Below, in pieces: positions 20,225 through 29,017 of a stretch of DNA of 64,000 nt (positions are counted from its first letter, which is position 1; each line of letters starts with the position of its first letter). The translations under genes were made by a program, and so were the position numbers. Source of the DNA: a bacterium. Its GTDB lineage: Bacteria; UBA8248. Where the stretch lies: assembly GCA_965204535.1 (NCBI GenBank), contig CBDBEV010000001.1, positions 1,792,001-1,856,000 on the forward strand. Direction: 5' to 3'. Below the pieces are notes generated by a model. It was not told where the DNA came from, did no database searches, and saw only the letters and a program-made list of their open reading frames with translations.

Positions 20225-20317
20225 TGGCGGAGAGGGAGGGATTCGAACCCTCGAGGCACCTTGTGGGCACCTATACGATTTCCAGTCGTACTCCTTCGGC
20301 CTCTCGGACACCTCTCC
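20225..20317 (-). tRNA. tRNA-Ser (GGA)
   Basis: Minus strand GGAGAGGTGTCCGAGAGGCCGAAGGAGTACGACT-GGA-AATCGTA, long variable arm, GGTTCGAATCC, ends CTCTCCGCCA. Confidence 0.96.
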
Positions 20318-20415
20318 GCGGGAGTGGGGCCGTCGCGCGAATCACGAACGGGCCATGCGGAGTTTTGTATATCACGGACGAAGCCGGAATGTCAGTCCGC
20401 CACCCCAATCGCGCC

Positions 20416-20444
20416 TTGACTTTTCGCCTCGTTTTCCCGATGAT
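20416..20444 (+). promoter_or_regulatory. Putative sigma70 promoter of the small transcript
   Basis: TTGACT-17 bp-GATGAT. Confidence 0.5.
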
Positions 20445-20450
20445 TCCAGG

Positions 20451-20620
20451 TACGTCAGAAAGGAGGTGATCCTAATATGAAAATACACTGTAGGGACGAG
20501 GTGACCGGCGCCTAGGGGAGAAGCCCTCGGGAGATTCCCACGGGTTTATCTTCGCCCAGGCGAATCCCCACCAGGTCACCGAACCATGAAAGACCCCGGT
20601 CCGAAAGGGCCGGGGTTTTT
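20451..20620 (+). ncRNA. Candidate structured small RNA / mini-ORF mRNA (MKIHCRDEVTGA*, 20477-20515)
   Basis: Extended SD AGAAAGGAGGTGATCC, 12-codon ORF, nested stems (GGTGACC/GGTCACC; GGGGA/TCCCC; AAGCCC/GGGTTT; TCGCC/GGCGA) and a terminator. Confidence 0.55.
20589..20620 (+). terminator. Rho-independent terminator
   Basis: GACCCCGGTCC-GAAA-GGGCCGGGGTT followed by a T-run. Confidence 0.85.
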
Positions 20621-20689
20621 CACGTCGCGCCATATGAAAACTTTCATCTTTCACGCAATTTATCCTCAAAGCATAAGGAGCAGGATTCG

Positions 20690-21148
20690 ATGCCGCAGAC
20701 GAGTTGGACGGTCTATCTATCCGGAGAAGTGCACACCGACTGGCGCGAACGCATCACCGAGGGCGCGGAGAGGGCGGGCCTGCCGGTCACCTTCCTCGCC
20801 CCCGTCACGGACCACGACGCGAGCGACGATTGCGGCGTGTCGATTCTCGGCGGTGAGGAAAAGCCGTTCTGGAAAGACCGCAAGGGCGCGGGCGTGAACG
20901 CCATCAGGACGCGCACGCTCATCGAGAAGGCGGACGTGGTGGTCGTGCGCTTCGGGGAGAAATACAGGCAGTGGAACGCCGCGTTCGACGCGGGCTACGC
21001 GGCGGCTCTGGGGAAAGCCCTCATCACCCTGCACGACGCGGGCCACACCCACGCGCTCAAGGAAGTCGACGCCGCCGCCATGGCCGTGGCCGAAGAACCC
21101 GAACAGGTGGTGCGCATTCTCAACTACGCCATCAACGGGACTTTGTAG
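20690..21148 (+). CDS. YtoQ family protein
   Basis: VYLSGEVHTDWRE, HDASDDCG, NAIRTRT, RFGEKYRQWNAAFDAG, HALKEVD. Confidence 0.88.
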   Translation: MPQTSWTVYLSGEVHTDWRERITEGAERAGLPVTFLAPVTDHDASDDCGVSILGGEEKPFWKDRKGAGVNAIRTRTLIEKADVVVVRFGEKYRQWNAAFDAGYAAALGKALITLHDAGHTHALKEVDAAAMAVAEEPEQVVRILNYAINGTL

Positions 21149-21296
21149 CAGGCGTATACGGGGTTGGTAAAAATCCTGTCCACCCTTCGAGATTGTTCGC
21201 CGTAGGGACAGGCGCAGAGGCCTGTTCGGAACCCCTGTGGTCGCCCGATTGGCTGGCAAGAACGAGGGTTTGACGCGACCGGGGAGAGAAGATTTT

Positions 21297-21512
21297 CACT
21301 CCCCCCTTGAGGGGGCTGTTGAAAACCCCCTCGCCGAGGGACATTGCCTTTAGCGGGAAGGCCGCTTTCGCGCGAACCCCCGACCTCCCTCTTTGAAAGC
21401 AACCCCCCCTACCCCCCCTTGTCAGGGGGGCAAGAAAAAGCAAAACCCCCTCGACTTGGAGGAGGCGCGTCGCCTTTTTATACCCCCCTGACAAGGGGGG
21501 GTAGGGGGGGTT
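21297..21512. repeat. Q-repeat half plus IS end plus spacer plus family P repeat
   Basis: CCCCCCTTGAG|GGGGCTGTTGAAAA at 21312; P repeat at 21401-21512; 21312-21430 matches the reverse complement of 60495-60614. Confidence 0.82.
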
Positions 21513-21596
21513 GCTTTTCCAGTCAAGAGAGGTGTTCCCACTCTCCCCGATCAGGAACGATCTACACAGGAACACATCGGGGTTTCACAGGCTGCC

Positions 21597-22604
21597 TCAC
21601 CTCCCCCTTGGCAGCACCTCATAGGCTTCGGGGTTCACGAGGGTGGAGGGCCGCTCGCCCCGGAAGTAGGCGAGGACGCACTCGGTCGTGTGGCGGAGCG
21701 TATTGCGAATCGCATCCTCGCCCCGGCCGCCCAGGTGGGGGGCGAGCACGGCGTTCTCGAGCGTGAATATGGGATGCGAATAATCGGGCGGCTCCTCGGG
21801 GAACACGTCGATTCCCGCGCCCCGGATGACGCCCTCCTGAAGAGCCTCGGTCACCGCGTCGAGATCGAAGACGGGCCCCCGCGAGGTGTTGAAGACGTAA
21901 GCGTCGGGCTTCATGAGGCTTAAGATTTCGCGGCCTATGATGTGCGTCGTCTCGGGCGTCAGGGGCACGTGGCAGGTGAGGTAGTCCGATTCCCTCGCCA
22001 GCTCTTCCAGGCTCACGAAGCGCACACCCAGCGCATTCGCCGTCTCCTCGTCTTGCACGATGTCGTGGGCGATCACCTTCATGTCGAAGGCGACGGCCCG
22101 TTTCGCCACCTGCTTGCCGATGTTCCCGAAACCCAGTATCCCCATCGTCATCCCGTTGAGCGGACGCATGGGCGGCTGAATTTCGCGCCAGAGGCCCTTT
22201 CTGATTTCTGTGTCCAGCCAGCCGATGCGCCGGACGGCGCAGAGCAGCATGCCGAAGAGATGCTCCGCCACGGATTGTGAGTTCTGCCCCGCCGAGTTCG
22301 CGACGAGTATGCCGCGCTCGGTGGCCGCCGGTATGTCGACGTTGTTCAGGCCCACGCCGGCGCGCACGATGATTCTCACCCCGGGGGCGCCATCCATCAC
22401 GCCTGCCGTATAAGGCTCCGCCCCCGCGATGACGGCGGTCACACCCGGCAGGGCCGCGATGACGTCTTCCTCGGGCATGTAGCCCCGGCACTCGTCGAGG
22501 CGCACCTCAAGCCCCTCGTCCACCAGGGGCTGGAACATCTCCATCGGGTCATCGAAATTCAGGATAAAGGGGGTTCCCACCCAGACGACGGGTTTATCGC
22601 TCAT
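21597..22604 (-). CDS. D-2-hydroxyacid dehydrogenase (phosphoglycerate dehydrogenase-like)
   Basis: RAGVGLNNVD, GILGFGNIG, HVPLTPET, NTSRG, DVFPEEP, APHLGG. Confidence 0.9.
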   Translation of the reverse strand: MSDKPVVWVGTPFILNFDDPMEMFQPLVDEGLEVRLDECRGYMPEEDVIAALPGVTAVIAGAEPYTAGVMDGAPGVRIIVRAGVGLNNVDIPAATERGILVANSAGQNSQSVAEHLFGMLLCAVRRIGWLDTEIRKGLWREIQPPMRPLNGMTMGILGFGNIGKQVAKRAVAFDMKVIAHDIVQDEETANALGVRFVSLEELARESDYLTCHVPLTPETTHIIGREILSLMKPDAYVFNTSRGPVFDLDAVTEALQEGVIRGAGIDVFPEEPPDYSHPIFTLENAVLAPHLGGRGEDAIRNTLRHTTECVLAYFRGERPSTLVNPEAYEVLPRGR

Positions 22605-22666
22605 TCGCTTTCATCTCCATTTCATTCGTTCTCTTGCTTGCTCAGAAAAATACGAAAAACCGGAAT

Positions 22667-23434
22667 CTACCTGCCCCGCCAGACGGGCTTTCTCTTCTCT
22701 CTGAAGGCGAGGATCCCCTCTTTGGAATCTTCGGTGTGCAGGATGCGGTCCGCCACGTCGCGCGACATGTAGACCCTGTCGCGATAGCCCAGGTCCTCGC
22801 CCCGGCGCGCCGCCTCCTTGATGGCGCAGACCGCCATGGGCGCCGCTTCCAGGATTTCGTGCGCGTAGCGCACAGCCGTCGGCAGCAGTTCCTCGTGCGG
22901 CACCACCTCGGTGGCGATCCCCAAACGCAGGCACTCCTCGGCGGGGATGAACTTGCCGCGCATGAGGTAGCTCATCGCCTGCGTCCAGGGAATCGCGTGC
23001 GCGCACATGGCGGGGCCGCTCACCGAGGAGATGCCCCGCAGCACCTGCGGCCAGCCCATGGAGCCGCGCTCCGAGAAGATGAGGATGTCCGAGTTCAGCG
23101 CGAAGCCCGCCCCCTGGGCGAGGCAGGGGCCGTTGATGGCGCAGATGACGGGCTTGTAGAGATAGCGGAGATAGAGATAAAGCTCATCGTTCGACATCAC
23201 CTGGGCGTCGCTCTCGGGCATCTTCTCCACGATGTCCTTGCCCGAGCAGAATACGTCCCCCGCCGCCGTGATGACGGCCACCCAGACGTCGGGGTTGTGC
23301 TTGATGTCGACGTAGGCGTCCTGCACCTCCTTGCGCATGGCGTAGTTGATGGCGTTTTTCTTCTCGGGACGGTTCAGGGTGAGATACGCGACGTGGTTCT
23401 TGACTTCATACGTGGTTGCTTCTCGGTTCGCCAT
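22667..23434 (-). CDS. Enoyl-CoA hydratase/isomerase family protein
   Basis: LNRPEKKNA, FCSGKDI, KPVICAING, EGILAFREKRKPVW. Confidence 0.9.
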   Translation of the reverse strand: MANREATTYEVKNHVAYLTLNRPEKKNAINYAMRKEVQDAYVDIKHNPDVWVAVITAAGDVFCSGKDIVEKMPESDAQVMSNDELYLYLRYLYKPVICAINGPCLAQGAGFALNSDILIFSERGSMGWPQVLRGISSVSGPAMCAHAIPWTQAMSYLMRGKFIPAEECLRLGIATEVVPHEELLPTAVRYAHEILEAAPMAVCAIKEAARRGEDLGYRDRVYMSRDVADRILHTEDSKEGILAFREKRKPVWRGR

Positions 23435-23630
23435 GGCCGGGCTTCCTTTTTCTGAAAAGGTGCGGGAGCGTCTCTATCGCTCCTTGAAATCATTGTCGGG
23501 TCGAAGACCGCCATTGTAGCGAAAAGCGCCCGTGCGCGCTCCCGTGCGCGGAAATTTCCTTATTCTGAAACTTATGAGAGACTCCACCCACCGGAAACAG
23601 CAAATCCACCGAACCGATAGGAGAAGCCAC

Positions 23631-25286
23631 ATGCGCGTCGTCGACGTCATCGCCGGAATCCTGAAGCGCGAAGGGGTGAGGCACCTCAAATGCTACCCCA
23701 CCACCGTCCAGATCGAAGCGGCCGCCGCTATCGGCATCCGGCCCATCGTCTGCCGCCAGGAGCGCGTGGGGGTGGGCATCGCGGACGGCTTCGCCCGCGT
23801 CACCAACGGCGCCGCACCTTCTGTTTTCACCATGCAGTACGGACCGGGGGCGGAAAACGCCTTTCCGGGCATCTCGACCGCGTATTCGGATTCCACGCCT
23901 ATGCTGCTGCTCCCTCTCGGTCACGCCAGGGGGCGCGACCGCGTGTTCCCCATGTTCAGTTCGGTCGACTCCTACGCCTCGGTGACGAAATCGGCCGAGC
24001 AGGTCAACGTGCCCGAACGGGCGGCGGATGCCATGCGCCGCGCCTTTCATGCGATGAGAAACGGCCGCCCCGGCCCCGTGCTCGTCGAATTGCCCGAAGA
24101 CATCGCGGGTATGGAAGTCTCGGAAGATATGCTGGGCGGCTACACGCCCGTGAAGCGAACGCGCGCCCAGGCGGATCCGAAGGACGTGGAAAGCGCCGCA
24201 GAGGCGCTGCTGTCAGCAGAAAGTCCGGTGATCCTTGCAGGCGCGGGTGTGCTCTACGCGGAGGCGACCGGGGAATTGCGCGAGCTGGCGGAACTCCTCC
24301 AGATTCCCGTGTTGACCACCATGGAGGGCAAGAGCGCGATCTCGGAAGCGAACCACCCCTTGGCCCTGGGCGTCGGCTCGAGCGTCATGAGCGGCCCCGC
24401 CTATCATTTCTTAAGAGACGCCGACCTCGTGTTCGCCGTCGGCACGAGCCTCACCGACCACGGCCTCGCCACGCGCGTGCCCGGCGGAAAGACCATCGTC
24501 CACGCGACGAACGATCCGGTCGACATCAACAAGAATTACCCCGCCGATCACCCCGTGCTCGGCGACGCGAAGCTCGTGCTGCGCCAGTTCATCGACTGCT
24601 GCGCCGAGCGGGCGGGGAGCGCGGACAGAAGCGGGCGCGAGGAGGTGCAGGCGCAGGTGGCGGAGGCGCGGAAGGCCTGGCTGGACGAATGGGCGCCCAA
24701 GCTCACTTCGGATGAAAAACCCATCAACCCCTACCGCGTCATCGGGGAGCTGATGCGGAACGTCCCTGCGGCGGAGGCCATCGCCACCCACGATTCGGGG
24801 AACCCGCGGTACGAGATGCTGCCCATGTATCTCTGCGACACGCCGAGGTCCTATCTCGGCTGGGGGAAATCGCACCAGCTCGGCACGGGGCTCGGCCTCG
24901 CCATGGGCGCGAAACTCGCCGCGCCCGAGAAGTTCTGCGTGAACTTCATGGGCGATGCGGCGTTTGGGATGACGGGGCTTGATTTCGAGACCGCCGTGCG
25001 CGAGAACCTGCCCATCTGCACGGTGGTGCTCAAGAACTCCACCATGGCGGTGGAGACCAATCACATGGCGCTCTCCCACGAGAAATACGGCACGCGCGAC
25101 GTGGGCGGCGAATACGCCGACATCGCCAGGGCGCTGGGCGGCTGGGCGAAGCGCGTGGAGGACCCGAATGAGGTCGGCCCCGCCTTCCTGGAAGCCAGAA
25201 GAAAGACCGAAGAAGGTACGCCCGCGCTGCTTGAGTTCATCACGAGCGAGGAGATGGGCTACTCCCACGCCCGCCCGTTCGGCTAG
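23631..25286 (+). CDS. Thiamine pyrophosphate-requiring enzyme (acetolactate-synthase-large-like)
   Basis: RQERVGVGIADG, QYGPGAEN, GRPGPVLVELPED, GDAAFGM TPP-binding variant. Confidence 0.85.
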   Translation: MRVVDVIAGILKREGVRHLKCYPTTVQIEAAAAIGIRPIVCRQERVGVGIADGFARVTNGAAPSVFTMQYGPGAENAFPGISTAYSDSTPMLLLPLGHARGRDRVFPMFSSVDSYASVTKSAEQVNVPERAADAMRRAFHAMRNGRPGPVLVELPEDIAGMEVSEDMLGGYTPVKRTRAQADPKDVESAAEALLSAESPVILAGAGVLYAEATGELRELAELLQIPVLTTMEGKSAISEANHPLALGVGSSVMSGPAYHFLRDADLVFAVGTSLTDHGLATRVPGGKTIVHATNDPVDINKNYPADHPVLGDAKLVLRQFIDCCAERAGSADRSGREEVQAQVAEARKAWLDEWAPKLTSDEKPINPYRVIGELMRNVPAAEAIATHDSGNPRYEMLPMYLCDTPRSYLGWGKSHQLGTGLGLAMGAKLAAPEKFCVNFMGDAAFGMTGLDFETAVRENLPICTVVLKNSTMAVETNHMALSHEKYGTRDVGGEYADIARALGGWAKRVEDPNEVGPAFLEARRKTEEGTPALLEFITSEEMGYSHARPFG

Positions 25287-25333
25287 CTCCGGCACAGCGG
25301 GGCAAGGACGAAACCCACAGCCGCCATGTTGAT

Positions 25334-25450
25334 CTCACCCTGAGCAGTGTTCCCCCTTCCCTCACCCTGAGTAGCGGCGAAGCCGCGTATCGAAGATGTC
25401 TATTCCCGTGCTTCTCCTTTGTCAGGACAGGCACGGGGACCTGTCCCTAC
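25334..25450. repeat. Palindromic repeat remnants (CTCACCCTGAG and GTAG-type)
   Basis: CTCACCCTGAGTAGCGGCGAAGCCGCGTATCGAAG and GGACAGG..CCTGTCCCTAC, between convergent genes. Confidence 0.7.
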
Positions 25451-25511
25451 GGTAAACCATTCGATGATCGGGATGCCCTCCCCGGCGCGGGGTTATTCAA
25501 GGGCCCGCGGC

Positions 25512-26516
25512 TTACGCCTCGACGACGATCTTGCCCATCTGCTGGTTCGACTCCATGTACTTGTGCGCCTCCACCATGTCGTCGAGCGGGAACGTCCTGG
25601 CGACGATGGGCCTGAGGGCGCCCGATTCGAGGCCCTCGTAGATGAATTTCTTCCCCCGCTCCCTTTTTTCCGGGAACTTCGTGATCTCCATGATCGTATA
25701 GCACCGGAAGGTCAGCCCTTTCCGCAGAGCCGGGAACAGGGGTATCTCCGCAGCCTCGGGCGAGAGGCGGCCGTAGAGGAAAATCGAGCCCTGGTACGCG
25801 GTCGCGTCGGCGAGTTTCGGCAGCGTCGACCCGACGACGGGGTCGAAGACGACGTCGGCGCCCGCGCCGTCCGTGATATCCATCACCCGCCCGGCCAGAT
25901 CCTCATCGTCCGTCACGACGACGTGGTCCGCGCCCGCGCCGAGAATGAAATCCTTCTTGCCCGCCCCGCGCGTCGTGGCGATCACCCGCGCGCCGACCGA
26001 TTTCGCAATCTGGATCGCCGCGACGCCGACGCTGCTGCTCGCCGCCGTGAGCAGGACGGTATCCCCCTCCTTCACGCCCCCGAATTCGATGAGCGCGCCG
26101 TATGCGGTGAAATACGGCATCCAGATGGAAGCGCCCTCGGCGGGCGAGAGGTTATCGGGATAGCGGGCGGCGGCGAACGCCGGCACGACCGCCTGCTCGC
26201 CGCACACGCCGTGCTCCACCATCGAGAAACAGGGAATCGTGCTCACTCGGTCCCCGACCGCGAGGCCCTCTACGCCCGGGCCCACGGCGTCTATCGCCCC
26301 GCAGGCCTCATAACCGATGCGGGAGGGGAACACCGGCTTGTCGTGGTAGCGGCCCTCCCGGAAGAGAATCTCCGCCCGGTTGAGCCCCATCGTCTCCACG
26401 GCGACGCGCACCTCGCCCTCCCCCGGCTCCAGATCAGGAACTTCCGCCACGCGGAGCACGTCCGCGCCGCCCAACTCGTCGAACAAAACCGCTTTCGGCA
26501 TTCTCTCATCCTCCAT
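25512..26516 (-). CDS. MDR-family NADPH:quinone oxidoreductase (copy A)
   Basis: GLNRAE, IGYEACG, TAASSSVG, MESNQQMGKIVV. Confidence 0.88.
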   Translation of the reverse strand: MEDERMPKAVLFDELGGADVLRVAEVPDLEPGEGEVRVAVETMGLNRAEILFREGRYHDKPVFPSRIGYEACGAIDAVGPGVEGLAVGDRVSTIPCFSMVEHGVCGEQAVVPAFAAARYPDNLSPAEGASIWMPYFTAYGALIEFGGVKEGDTVLLTAASSSVGVAAIQIAKSVGARVIATTRGAGKKDFILGAGADHVVVTDDEDLAGRVMDITDGAGADVVFDPVVGSTLPKLADATAYQGSIFLYGRLSPEAAEIPLFPALRKGLTFRCYTIMEITKFPEKRERGKKFIYEGLESGALRPIVARTFPLDDMVEAHKYMESNQQMGKIVVEA

Positions 26517-26577
26517 CCTTGTCTATGAATTTGAACGAACCCTTGCAGAACATTCCCGCCCGCTCATACAGACCCGC

Positions 26578-27567
26578 CTACACCTCGACGACGATTTTGC
26601 CCATCTGCTCGTTCGATTCCATGTACTCGTACGCCCCCACGATGTCGTCGAGCGGGAACGTCCTGGCGATGACGGGCTTGAACGCGCCCGACTCCAGACC
26701 GTCATAGATGAACCTTTTCGCTTCCTCTCTCAACCTCGGGTCTCTGGAAATTTCCATTATCGTGTAGCCCCGGAAGGTCAGGCCTTTCCGGATGGCCGGG
26801 TAGAGGGGGATCACCGAATCATCGGGCGAGAGATGACCGTAACAGAAAATCGTGCCGTGGTAGGCGGCCGCCTCGGCGAGCTTCGCCAGATAAGACCCGA
26901 CGACGGGGTCGAAGGTGACGTCAGCACCTGCGCCGCCCGTATGCTCCAGCACGGACTCCGCCAAATCCTCCGCATCCGTCACGACGACGCGAGCAGCACC
27001 GATGTTCAGGAGAAAATCCTTCTTCCCCGCTCCGCGCGTCGCGGCGATGGGCCGCGCACCCAGCGAACGCGCGATCTGGATCGCCGCAATGCCGACGCTG
27101 CTGCTCGCCGCGGTGATCAGGACGTTGTCGCCTTTCTTCACCCGCCCGTATTCGACGATCGCTCCGTATGCGGTCATGTACTGCATCCAGACGGCCGCAG
27201 CCTTGACCGGCGTGAGGTTATCCGGGTAGCGGGCCGCGGCGAACGCCGGCACGACCGCCTGCTCGCCGCACACCCCGTGCTCTATCATCGAAAAACACGG
27301 TATCGTGCTCACGCGGTCCCCGACCGCGAGATCCCCCACGCCGGGGCCTACCGCGTCTATCGTCCCGGCCGCCTCATAGCCGATTCGGGAGGGGAACTCC
27401 GGCTGTACGTGGTAGACGCCCTCGCGGAACATGATCTCCGCCCGGTTTATCCCGAGCGCTTCGACCTCGATGCGCACCTCGCCCTCCCCCGCCTCGAGAT
27501 CCGGAACCTCGGCCACGCGGAGCACGTCCGCACCGCCCAGCTCGTCAAAAAGAACCGCTTTCGGCAT
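26578..27567 (-). CDS. MDR-family NADPH:quinone oxidoreductase (copy B)
   Basis: Same motifs as copy A; tandem paralog. Confidence 0.88.
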   Translation of the reverse strand: MPKAVLFDELGGADVLRVAEVPDLEAGEGEVRIEVEALGINRAEIMFREGVYHVQPEFPSRIGYEAAGTIDAVGPGVGDLAVGDRVSTIPCFSMIEHGVCGEQAVVPAFAAARYPDNLTPVKAAAVWMQYMTAYGAIVEYGRVKKGDNVLITAASSSVGIAAIQIARSLGARPIAATRGAGKKDFLLNIGAARVVVTDAEDLAESVLEHTGGAGADVTFDPVVGSYLAKLAEAAAYHGTIFCYGHLSPDDSVIPLYPAIRKGLTFRGYTIMEISRDPRLREEAKRFIYDGLESGAFKPVIARTFPLDDIVGAYEYMESNEQMGKIVVEV

Positions 27568-27591
27568 ACCTGCATCCTCCCAGGGTTTCTT

Positions 27592-28419
27592 CTAAAGGGC
27601 CGGGCCGACGGGCCACTCGATGACCGTCACCCCCAGAAACCACAGGGGCTCTATCCGGTAAGTCCACAGATTCGCCCCGGTGTCTCCGCTGAGAGCCGCG
27701 GCGGAAATCCATGTCCTGATCTCGTTGCCCCCGTTTCCGCCCTCATCGATTCTGGCCTGCGGCCACGCGGAGAGGCCCTTCGCGTCCGCGCGGCATAGCA
27801 TATCGATCACCTCGCGGTCCCACGCCTCGTCGATATCGCCCTGCTCGGGGGTCCCGATCCAGTGCGAGGGCGCGCCCGTCGCCACGACGGCCACGCGATC
27901 GCAGCCGGCATAATCCTCCAGCAAGCGCCTGAGCGAGACGCCGAGTTCGTATGATCGCGCGGCGGGCGGCAGGGGCGGCGCCACCGTATTTTGCAGGATC
28001 GGCACGATGGGAAGCCCGGTATCGCCCATGAGCGCCAGGGGCGATACGAAGGAATGATCGAGCGCGAGTTCGCGGCAAACCAGGGGGTCGAAGCCGCTCG
28101 CCAGCAGCCCGCGCGTCAGGTGGGATGCCAGCCCCTCGGCGCCTTCGTATATGTCAGACGGCAGAAAAGGCTCGGTCTTCACCGGGCCGAAGCGGGGACC
28201 CGCGCCGATAGCCAGGGCGGGGTATCTGTCCATGGAGAAGGCGTGCAAGTGATCGTTTCCCAGCAGGACCATCGCCTCGGCGCCGCGCTCCACGATCGCG
28301 CGGGCCATCCGACGATAGGAGGAGAACACCTCTTCCCTCACTTCTTCTGCGGGCGCATCGTGCCTCAGGATAAAAAGAGGCGTGTGACTGGCCGCGAAGG
28401 CCCCGACGATCTCCGCCAC
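27592..28419 (-). CDS. LigB-family extradiol ring-cleavage dioxygenase, beta subunit
   Basis: AASHTP, NDH, LDHS, TGAPSH, GGNEIRTW; GTG start just after the LigA-like stop. Confidence 0.85.
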   Translation of the reverse strand: MAEIVGAFAASHTPLFILRHDAPAEEVREEVFSSYRRMARAIVERGAEAMVLLGNDHLHAFSMDRYPALAIGAGPRFGPVKTEPFLPSDIYEGAEGLASHLTRGLLASGFDPLVCRELALDHSFVSPLALMGDTGLPIVPILQNTVAPPLPPAARSYELGVSLRRLLEDYAGCDRVAVVATGAPSHWIGTPEQGDIDEAWDREVIDMLCRADAKGLSAWPQARIDEGGNGGNEIRTWISAAALSGDTGANLWTYRIEPLWFLGVTVIEWPVGPAL

Positions 28420-28420
28420 G

Positions 28421-28699
28421 CTATATCTCCCCCTCATCGGGGCGCGGATAGGATAGGCCTGCAAGCGCCGCCCGGAAATCTTCATCCGAAATGCCTGCGC
28501 GAAACTGCAGCACCCGAAGCAGATAGGGGTTGGCGCCGAAGCGCCACAGCGCGCGCACGTCGGAATCGCGAACCGCCGCAAGCTCCGCATCCGTGACGTC
28601 ATAGCCGCGCGCGAATTCGAGCGGGGCGCGCAGGAACGCCTCGCGTTTTTCCAAAGGCTGAATGTCGTGGATCAAGCGGTTCAGGGATAATTTCGGCAT
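28421..28699 (-). CDS. LigA-like small (alpha) subunit
   Basis: LNRLIHD..REAF..P..ARGYDVTDAE..D..ALWRFGANPYLL; directly upstream of the LigB-like gene. Confidence 0.78.
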   Translation of the reverse strand: MPKLSLNRLIHDIQPLEKREAFLRAPLEFARGYDVTDAELAAVRDSDVRALWRFGANPYLLRVLQFRAGISDEDFRAALAGLSYPRPDEGEI

Positions 28700-28749
28700 G
28701 GATGAAGCCTACATGAGGAGTCTGCGAAAAGAAATCGCCCCGAGACGGG

Positions 28750-28857
28750 GGAGGTGAAAAAGTCGGAGAGGGAAAATTTATTTGTGTGTAGGGGTCGCAT
28801 ACATGCGACCCTGTTTTTCACCCTCCGGCGACGGGCTGCATGTATGCGGCCCCTACA
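28750..28857. repeat. Degenerate IS end plus GTAG-type palindromes
   Basis: GTAGGGGTCGCATACATGCGACCC ... TGCATGTATGCGGCCCCTAC; the lead-in resembles 34575-34610. Confidence 0.7.
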
Positions 28858-29017
28858 ATCGAGGCGGCGCCTGTCTCGAACGGAGTCGAGGAGGCGTGTT
28901 GAGGCGGCTACTCGGAGGGAGGTCGATGCGGAGGCCTCCTCAGGCGGCGTCAGCCGCTAGCCGATTCACGCCCGGCGCGGCTATAATCCCGCCATCTCAT
29001 CGAACAAGGAGTCCGAT

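Noticed and set aside
20225-20317. tRNA-Sec candidate (long variable arm)
   Set aside because: The anticodon is GGA (Ser), not TCA, and the acceptor stem is a normal 7 bp.
20457-20472. Possible 16S rRNA 3'-end fragment on the minus strand
   Set aside because: A true remnant would continue as AGCCGCA after GATCC; here it continues TAATATG into a mini-ORF.
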